DNA of 42,325 nucleotides from an uncultured Enterobacteriaceae bacterium (GTDB lineage Bacteria; Myxococcota_A; UBA9042): NCBI GenBank assembly GCA_964560875.1, contig CAZLMW010000059.1, positions 3,208 to 45,532 of the forward strand, read 5' to 3'. Shown piece by piece: positions 36,245 to 42,325 of this stretch (position 1 is its first letter; each line of letters starts with the position of its first letter). The notes under the pieces were generated by a model. It saw only the letters and a program-made list of their open reading frames with translations, ran no database searches and was not told where the DNA came from. The position numbers and the translations under genes were made by a program.

Positions 36245-38769
36245 CGCCGCTTGGCGAGCGAATCGCGCCCGATGAGACGATCGCGCCTGATGACGCCTTG
36301 CTCCACTTCCTCGAGTGGGTCGACGACACGGGAATTCAGCTGTATCCGGCGCAGGAAGAAGCGATCCTCGAGGTCATGGCCGGCAAACATGTCGTGCTGG
36401 CCACGCCCACCGGGTCGGGAAAGTCCCTCGTCGCATTGGCGCAGCATTTTCTCGCGCTCAGCCTCGGCGAACGATCGTTTTACACCTCGCCCATCAAGGC
36501 GCTCGTGAGCGAAAAGTTCTTCGCGTTGTGCGCCGCCCTGGGCGCTGAAAACGTGGGCATGTTGACCGGCGACGCTTCGATCAACCGCGACGCACCCGTC
36601 GTCTGCTGCACGGCCGAGATCCTCGCCAATATGGCCCTTCGACAAGGCGCTGACGCCGACGTCCAGCACGTGGTCATGGACGAGTTTCACTACTACGGCG
36701 ACCGCGACCGGGGCATGGCATGGCAAGTGCCGCTGCTGGTTTTGCCCGACGCTGTCTTCTTGTTGATGAGCGCTACCCTCGGCGACACCACCGCTATCGT
36801 CCGCAAGCTCGAAGACACAACAGGCCGCGAGGTGGTCGAGGTCCGGTCCGATCAACGACCCGTTCCTCTGGACTATCACTACAGCGAAGATCCGATCCAT
36901 TCGGCCGTCGACGAGCTGATCCGGAAGGGCCGTGCGCCGATCTACCTGGTCAACAGCACACAGCGAGAAGCAGCTGAGCAGGCGCAAAACCTCATGAGCC
37001 ACAAGCTCGTCGACAAGGAGCACCGGCAGGCGATCTCAGCGGCGATCGGGCGGTTCGCGTTCGACAGCGCGTACGGAAAAGTCGTCGAAAAGACGCTCCG
37101 GCACGGCATCGGCATCCATCACGCGGGCCTCTTGCCGAAGTATCGCTTGCTCGTCGAGCGCCTGGCGCAGGCCGGCCTCCTGCGGGTGATCTGCGGGACG
37201 GATACCCTCGGCGTGGGCATCAACGTGCCGATCCGCAGCGTCCTGCTCACCAAGCTCTGCAAGTACGACGGCGAGAAGGTGCGGATCCTGTCGGTGCGCG
37301 AGTTCAAGCAGATCAGCGGCCGCGCCGGTCGCAAGGGCTTTGATGTCCACGGCTTCGTTGTCGTGCAGGCGCCCGAGCACGTGATCGAGAATCGGCGCCT
37401 GGCGGCGAAGGCGTCGTCCGCCAACAAGAAGAAGTTCGTGCGCCGCAAGCCGCCCAAGTGGGGCTTTGTGCCGTGGGATCGCAAGACGTTCGACAAGCTG
37501 GTGACGGGCCAATCCGAGCCGCTGACGTCGGTGTTTCGCATCAATCACGGAACGCTGATGACCATGTTGCACCACGACGACGGACCATCGAGCGGTCTGC
37601 GCGCGCTGGTCGAACTCATCGGCCGCAGCCACGAAAGACCGGCGGTGCAAAGGCGGCTTCGGTCCACGGTCGCGGAGCTCTTTCGGTCCCTGCGCGCGGC
37701 CGGCGTCGTTCGTGTTCAGCGCCGATCCAACGAACGCGGCAGTGAGGTCCTGCTAGCCGAGTCCCTGCAGCACAACTTCTCGCTGCATCACAGCTTGTCG
37801 CTGTATCTCGTCGAGGCGCTCGATTTGCTCGACACCGAAGGCGAAGAACGTGCCCTGGACGTCGTCCTGCTTGTCGAAGCGATCCTCGAGAACCCCCGCG
37901 TCGTGCTCGCAGCTCAGGTACGCCGCGACAAAGGCGAGTTGATCGCGAAATGGAAAGCAGAAGGCGTGGAGTACGACGAGCGGATGCAGCGGCTCGAGGG
38001 CGTTACCTGGCCCAAGCCCAAGAGCGAATGGATCTACCAGACGTTCAACATGTTCGCGGAGTTACACCCGTGGGTCGGCCACGACAACATCCGCCCCAAG
38101 GCCATCGCCCACGAGCTTCTGCAGCGCTTCTGTTCATTCGACGACTACGTGCGCGACCTCGGCGTGCAGCGTGCCGAAGGCGTCTTGCTCCGCTATTTCA
38201 GCCAAGTCTACAAGACGCTGGTCCAAAACGTGCCGGACAGTCACAAGGACGACGCTGTCATCGACGTGACCGCCACGTTGCGAGCCATGTTGGGGCGCGT
38301 CGACAGTTCGCTGGTCACCGAGTGGGAGCGCATGTTGGACGGCGGCCAGCCCGAGCCCGAGCAGCCCGAGCAGCCGGTCCGAATCGACCTGGCTCGCGAC
38401 ATGCGAAGCCTCCGAGCACGCCTTCGGGCAGAGATTCACGCCCTGTCCCGAGCCCTGGCCCGCGGCGATTGGAAGGAGGCGGCGGCGAGCGTGCGCCAGG
38501 ACGGTGATCACGGCTGGAGCCCCGAGCAGTTCGAGGCTGGTATCGCAGACTTCACCGACCTCTTTGGACCGCCTGTGTTCGACCATCGCGCACGGCTGTC
38601 CGACAAGCTGGCTATCCATGCCGACGGGCCCCGGCGATGGTCCGTTACCCAGGTCCTGGTCGATGAAGAAGGTGTCAGCGACCACGCGATTCATGCCGAA
38701 GTTGACCTTGGTGCCGACGCGGCGGACCCGTCCGGCCCGCTGCTCACGATGCTGAGACTGGGCGCCTGA
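36229..38769 (+). CDS. Superfamily-2 DEAD/DEAH-box helicase with a long C-terminal extension (Ski2/Lhr-like, DUF3516-type)
   Basis: An ATG at 36229 gives MAEQITPLGERIAPDET... Helicase motifs are present: Q-motif LYPAQEEA, Walker A ATPTGSGKS, motif II DEFHYY, SAT, and QISGRAGRKG (motif VI). A further ~400 aa with no known catalytic motifs follow. The listed ORF start at 36055 is upstream of any plausible start. Confidence 0.75.
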   Translation: MAEQITPLGERIAPDETIAPDDALLHFLEWVDDTGIQLYPAQEEAILEVMAGKHVVLATPTGSGKSLVALAQHFLALSLGERSFYTSPIKALVSEKFFALCAALGAENVGMLTGDASINRDAPVVCCTAEILANMALRQGADADVQHVVMDEFHYYGDRDRGMAWQVPLLVLPDAVFLLMSATLGDTTAIVRKLEDTTGREVVEVRSDQRPVPLDYHYSEDPIHSAVDELIRKGRAPIYLVNSTQREAAEQAQNLMSHKLVDKEHRQAISAAIGRFAFDSAYGKVVEKTLRHGIGIHHAGLLPKYRLLVERLAQAGLLRVICGTDTLGVGINVPIRSVLLTKLCKYDGEKVRILSVREFKQISGRAGRKGFDVHGFVVVQAPEHVIENRRLAAKASSANKKKFVRRKPPKWGFVPWDRKTFDKLVTGQSEPLTSVFRINHGTLMTMLHHDDGPSSGLRALVELIGRSHERPAVQRRLRSTVAELFRSLRAAGVVRVQRRSNERGSEVLLAESLQHNFSLHHSLSLYLVEALDLLDTEGEERALDVVLLVEAILENPRVVLAAQVRRDKGELIAKWKAEGVEYDERMQRLEGVTWPKPKSEWIYQTFNMFAELHPWVGHDNIRPKAIAHELLQRFCSFDDYVRDLGVQRAEGVLLRYFSQVYKTLVQNVPDSHKDDAVIDVTATLRAMLGRVDSSLVTEWERMLDGGQPEPEQPEQPVRIDLARDMRSLRARLRAEIHALSRALARGDWKEAAASVRQDGDHGWSPEQFEAGIADFTDLFGPPVFDHRARLSDKLAIHADGPRRWSVTQVLVDEEGVSDHAIHAEVDLGADAADPSGPLLTMLRLGA

Positions 38770-38941
38770 GCCGAGTCATCATCGCTGGCGTCGGGAATCG
38801 ACAACCGGCGCGCCTTCGCTCCATGCCTGGGCCGGACAACCCGCTTCGGTCGAGGCGTCGATCAGCCGCTCAATACCAACGACAGTCGGCTGGTAGTCGA
38901 TGTGGCGCGCCGCAATCGGCTGAGCGCGGGCCGGGTGACGG

Positions 38942-41215
38942 CTACAGGCCGTGGTCGGTCTCGTAGTTGATCTCGATCTCGTCGCCCGGATCGAGCACGA
39001 CCGGGAAGAACACGGCGTCGTTGTACACTTGGCACAGCCCGTCGATGCACGTCAGGCCCCTGGTGCAGTCGCGGTTGGCGTTGCACTTGGTGTTCTTGCC
39101 GACCAGGTCCGCCTTGCCCGCGCGGCAGTCCGGCGACGGTCGGATGCAGAACGAGTCGGGGTTGTTCGGGTCGCAGCCGTCGTTGTACGGCAGGATGGTG
39201 GGCTGGCCACCGCGCTTGCGGGTCACCTTGATGATCGGCTTGCCCTTGGCGTCGTTGTACGGCGGCTGCGGCAAGCAGATCTTGGTGACGCGCTTGAGGA
39301 TCGTGTCGGCGATGCCGGTCAACGCCGGGCCAAAATCGGAGCCCTCGCACACGTTGTAGAACGAGCCGTTGTCGCGGAACGCCTGCACGAGCTCGATGTA
39401 GCGGCTGCCGTAGTTGCTCTCGCCGCGCCCACCGGCGCACACGTACGGCGCCTGACCCGGGCCCTGGTCCTTGAGCTGGCTGCGGTAGAAGTTGACCCGG
39501 TCGCGGTGGATCTGACGCTCGCTGATGTTCAGCGCCTTGCCGTTGCTGTCTTTGCGCGCCACGTCGCCGGTGATGGCCGCGACAATCACCTGCGCGGGGT
39601 CGGCCTTGAGCGACTTGAACATCGTCACGAACTCGTCAACCGGCGCGAATCGTTTGTCCTTCTTGGTGTAGGTCTCAAGATATTCAAACGCCTTCTGCAT
39701 GCACGCGGCGCGCTCCTTGCTGTCCGACCGGCAGTGTCGTGGACACAGGCCCCAGTCCGACTTGACCATCTTCTCGATGTCCGCCTTGGATTTCGTGAGC
39801 GCATCGGCCGCGCAGACGGTATCGCACACCGACTTGCAGCCCTTTGGGCACTTCAACAGGCCCTTGGATGTCTTGGCGGTCGAGCCGGGCTTGCAGTCCG
39901 ACGGGCACCACACATCTTTGCCCACGAGTTCGGCCTTCTGCCGCTTGAACTCGCAGTTGCCTTCGTTGAGCGCCACGTTGCCGCCGAGCGCGTCGCCGTA
40001 GATCTGGCAGTGCTCCCAGACCTCTTTGGTGATCGTCTTCTTGTCGAGCGGGTTGAGGCCGATCTTCATCGAGCAGTCATCGTCGTCGGAGATGAAGACC
40101 AGGATCAGGTAAGCGCCGTCGCGAACCAGCGACTTGGGCTGGCAGTTCTTCTTGTCCTTGAGCGGCTCACACAGCTCCTTGCGTTCCTTCTCGCACTTGC
40201 TCTTGTTGTAGTCGGTCTTGCACCAGGCCTGGTTGCCCACGCAGCAGCGCCGAAGGTGCTTGACGCACGCGTCGTAGTCGCAGTTGGGGCCCTTGGGATC
40301 GAGCGCGACCCACGCCGAGCGGAAGCCGCCTTCGAACTTGGACTCGGGAGTCTGCGCGGCGCCGACGGTCGCGTTGCACTTGAAGTACTTGTCGAGGTCG
40401 GCCTGCTTGACGATGGAGGGCAGCTTGTCGGCGGACGGGCAGTTCGCGGTGTCGGGCGGGAACATGCAGCCGGCTTGGTCGGTGTTGTTGCCACCGCCGG
40501 GGACCTTGCAGACTGCGCCTTTGCCGAACAGGGTCTCGCAATCTTTGTTCTTCTGGCTGGGGCTGCAGCGGCTCTGGCAGTAGGAGTTGAGCGAGCAGTT
40601 CAGGTTGGAGACGTGTGCGAACTGAGACGGCGCTTCGCAGCGCCACTTGCCCTTGGCCTTGCCCTTGCTGTCGACCTTGGGCGGCGGGACGGTGATCGTC
40701 TTGGACTTGCACATCGACGAGTCGGTCGACTTCTGAAACGTGAACTTGTGGCTGGTGTTGCAGTTGTCGACACCGGTCTGCGGGTCCACCGAGCAGTGCA
40801 TACGCACGCGCTCCATGCAGTTGGGCGGGAACGCCTTGGCCGGCGTGTGCATGAAGCGGCCGATGACCTTGATCGCGGTCTTGTCGGGGGCCTGCTGGGC
40901 GGTGACGACGGCCATCTGCGCGTCGATGGCGCCGAGCGACGTCAGCTTCTTGGTGAATTGCGCAAACGCCGCGGAGAGGGCGCGCTGCTCCTGGCACATC
41001 GACGCGGACTGGTCGATCACCCAGAGGAAGTCGAGCTTCACCGGCTGGTCATAGCTGAGCCTGTCGGTCACGCGGACCTCGAAGCTGTCGAGCAAGCGGT
41101 GGACCGGATAGTCGTTGCACGACGTCAGGCTTGTCGTCGCGATGACCGCGGCCGTCAGCAACATCGGCCAGCGCACGTGGCGACCGGGCAGGCGAGTGTG
41201 GGAGCGAAGATGCAC
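38942..41215 (-). CDS. Cysteine-rich von Willebrand factor type-A (VWA) domain lipoprotein
   Basis: Signal peptide plus lipobox (LLTAAVIATTSLTSC). A MIDAS-like DxSxS sits at the N-terminus (DFLWVIDQSASM), with LILVFISDDDDCS downstream. More than 50 Cys are spread through the sequence. The start is GTG at 41215 or ATG at 41164. Confidence 0.7.
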   Translation of the reverse strand: MHLRSHTRLPGRHVRWPMLLTAAVIATTSLTSCNDYPVHRLLDSFEVRVTDRLSYDQPVKLDFLWVIDQSASMCQEQRALSAAFAQFTKKLTSLGAIDAQMAVVTAQQAPDKTAIKVIGRFMHTPAKAFPPNCMERVRMHCSVDPQTGVDNCNTSHKFTFQKSTDSSMCKSKTITVPPPKVDSKGKAKGKWRCEAPSQFAHVSNLNCSLNSYCQSRCSPSQKNKDCETLFGKGAVCKVPGGGNNTDQAGCMFPPDTANCPSADKLPSIVKQADLDKYFKCNATVGAAQTPESKFEGGFRSAWVALDPKGPNCDYDACVKHLRRCCVGNQAWCKTDYNKSKCEKERKELCEPLKDKKNCQPKSLVRDGAYLILVFISDDDDCSMKIGLNPLDKKTITKEVWEHCQIYGDALGGNVALNEGNCEFKRQKAELVGKDVWCPSDCKPGSTAKTSKGLLKCPKGCKSVCDTVCAADALTKSKADIEKMVKSDWGLCPRHCRSDSKERAACMQKAFEYLETYTKKDKRFAPVDEFVTMFKSLKADPAQVIVAAITGDVARKDSNGKALNISERQIHRDRVNFYRSQLKDQGPGQAPYVCAGGRGESNYGSRYIELVQAFRDNGSFYNVCEGSDFGPALTGIADTILKRVTKICLPQPPYNDAKGKPIIKVTRKRGGQPTILPYNDGCDPNNPDSFCIRPSPDCRAGKADLVGKNTKCNANRDCTRGLTCIDGLCQVYNDAVFFPVVLDPGDEIEINYETDHGL

Positions 41216-41356
41216 GGCGGGCTCCTTGGAGAATCAGCGCGGCACTTTACCAGACCGGGGCGGCCGTCTCCACCGGCGATGGGGGCGTTGTGGCTGCTGC
41301 CCCGATCGAGAACTACCGCCGACCGACGATGCTTTGATGTTTATACCGCTGATGAT

Positions 41357-41635
41357 ATGATGCTTGGGATGCGAACCACGCTTACCATCGAGGCTCACCT
41401 CTACGACGAATTGACGCGCCGCGCCCACCGCGAGGGCAAGCCCTTCAAAGCTGTGGTCAACGACGCGATCGCCCGTGGCCTCGCCGCGATGGATGAGCGC
41501 CCTCGCCCCAGCGCACGCCCCGTCTCTCCGGCGTTCTCGATGGGCACGCCGGGTGTGCCCCTCATCAAGGCATTGGCCCTCGCGGATGAGCTGGACGATT
41601 ACCGACGCGTTGGCTCGATCGGCGACGATTCATGA
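41357..41635 (+). CDS. vapB: Type II antitoxin (VapB-like, RHH/CopG-type DNA-binding)
   Basis: The translation MMLGMRTTLTIEAHLYDELTRRAHREGKPFKAVVNDAIARGL is a ribbon-helix-helix N-terminus with a disordered C-terminal tail. It overlaps the vapC start (ATGA). Alternative ATGs are at 41360 and 41369, and the gene may be leaderless. Confidence 0.65.
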   Translation: MMLGMRTTLTIEAHLYDELTRRAHREGKPFKAVVNDAIARGLAAMDERPRPSARPVSPAFSMGTPGVPLIKALALADELDDYRRVGSIGDDS

Positions 41636-42066
41636 AGCTGGTCGACCTCAATCTGCTGCTGTATGCGGTCAACAGCGACACGCCCGAACACGGGCCCGCT
41701 CACGCCTGGTGGACCGAGACGCTTGCAGATGATGAGAGCGTCGGTCTGGCGTGGGTCGTCCTGCTCGGTTTCGTACGCATCAGCACGCACCCGCGCCTGT
41801 TTCCGTCGCCGCTCTCGGCGATGGCGGCCACAGGTGTCGTGGACGCGTGGTTGGCCCACCCCGCGACCGTTGTCGTGCAGCCAAGACGCGACCACTGGCG
41901 CGTCGTCAAGGGCCTGCTGCACGACTGCGGCCGTGCGGGCAAGCTGACGACCGACGCGCACCTGGCGGCGTTGGCGATCGAGCACGGGGCGGAATTGTTT
42001 ACTGCCGACAACGACTTTGGACGCTTCGACAAGCTGCGTTGGCGCAATCCCCTGCGCAGCGGGTAG
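41632..42066 (+). CDS. vapC: PIN-domain ribonuclease toxin VapC
   Basis: MKLVDLNLLLYAVNSDTPEH...D(A)HLAALAIEHGAELFTADNDFGRF shows the conserved acidic residues in the order typical of the PIN fold (D5, E/D~40, D~100, D~118-120). Confidence 0.85.
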   Translation: MKLVDLNLLLYAVNSDTPEHGPAHAWWTETLADDESVGLAWVVLLGFVRISTHPRLFPSPLSAMAATGVVDAWLAHPATVVVQPRRDHWRVVKGLLHDCGRAGKLTTDAHLAALAIEHGAELFTADNDFGRFDKLRWRNPLRSG

Positions 42067-42149
42067 TGCCGAGTCCGGGGCACCGGTGGCCGTTGCGTAG
42101 CTATCGGTGCGAGGTTGCAAACTGCAGCGTTGCGCACACCCTTGCGAGC

Positions 42150-42325
42150 ATGGCTCGATACAATCGCACTCGGATCGCCGCCGCGTTCGCTTCTCTGGTG
42201 ACGCTGGGCTCTTGCGGTACGCCCGAACCCGAGCCTCCGACTCCTCTTTTCCCTGCTGATGCGCTGGATTCCTGGGCCGAAGCCCGAGATTGCCGACACA
42301 GTCACGAACACGAGCTGCGATATAT
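42150..42325 (+). CDS. Putative lipoprotein, N-terminal fragment (runs off the 3' end of the window)
   Basis: The ATG at 42150 gives MARYNRTRIAAAFASLVTLGSCGTPEPEPPTPLFPADALDSW..., a signal peptide plus lipobox (LGSC). The frame is open to the window end. Confidence 0.4.
   Translation, partial: MARYNRTRIAAAFASLVTLGSCGTPEPEPPTPLFPADALDSWAEARDCRHSHEHELRY

Noticed and set aside
34636-37023. 795-aa minus-strand ORF
   Set aside because: It is antisense to the AlgE-like OMP and DEAD-box helicase genes. It has no motifs and a shadow-frame composition.
41216-42325. Suspicion of a mobile element around vapBC
   Set aside because: There is no transposase, integrase, inverted terminal repeat or tRNA-adjacent att-like repeat visible. 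The TA pair appears chromosomally embedded.

Overview
This is a 42.3 kb, very high-GC window (roughly 68-70% GC, with GC3 near saturation). Its coding content points to Myxococcota, probably a Sorangiineae/Nannocystineae-type genome: Myxococcus-style cysteine-rich CGDGxCExxE...CPxDCG repeat proteins, many lipoproteins with lipoboxes, and Tat/Sec-secreted enzymes. I call about 38 protein-coding genes, densely packed with several 4-nt start/stop overlaps. I could not recognise any rRNA, tRNA, CRISPR array, transposase or integrase by eye.

Gene content, in order:
- 1..1325 (+): the 3' part of a secreted Cys-rich repeat protein that ends in a somatomedin-B-like 8-Cys module.
- 1569..5043 (-): a tight operon of a UDP-galactopyranose-mutase-like flavoprotein, thyA, folA and a phzF-like isomerase.
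- 5122..11312 (+): an SPFH/band-7 pair, a coiled-coil membrane protein, a FIST-domain protein, an EEP-family phosphoesterase lipoprotein and a DUF2279-like protein.
- 11331..13043 (-): a MepA-type murein endopeptidase fused to HEAT repeats.
- 14221..17135 (-): a flotillin-NfeD-lipoprotein operon.
- 17284..20461 (+): a secreted hypothetical, then an XPB-type SF2 helicase translationally coupled to a Bax1/DUF790-type nuclease.
- 20484..24538 (-): an Mla/MCE-like transporter operon (mlaE-like, a degenerate ABC ATPase, MCE protein, TPR lipoprotein) with a small upstream ORF.
- 24611..25576 (+): a CxCC COG0523 (CobW-like) GTPase.
- 25577..27229 (-): a 550-aa orphan protein.
- 27292..33063 (-): a 1,923-aa lipoprotein built of about 30 Cys-rich repeats, thrombospondin type-3 Ca-binding repeats and C-terminal jelly-roll-like modules.
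- 33196..38769 (+): a Tat-secreted intradiol-dioxygenase-like protein, an alginate-export-type outer-membrane barrel, a small lipoprotein, and a large DEAD/DEAH helicase with a long C-terminal extension.
- 38942..41215 (-): a Cys-rich VWA lipoprotein.
- 41357..42066 (+): a vapBC toxin-antitoxin pair.
- 42150..42325 (+): a truncated lipoprotein gene.

The most unusual items are:
- the bacterial XPB-Bax1 helicase-nuclease module;
- an ABC ATPase in the Mla-like operon with its Q-loop Gln, LSGGQ signature and Walker-B Glu all replaced;
- a vitronectin-like SMB module in a bacterial protein;
- a eukaryote-type UGM-like flavoenzyme coupled by a GTGA overlap to thyA;
- the giant repeat lipoprotein and its unannotatable 550-aa downstream partner.

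All domain calls are from reading the translations by eye. None has been confirmed by a search.
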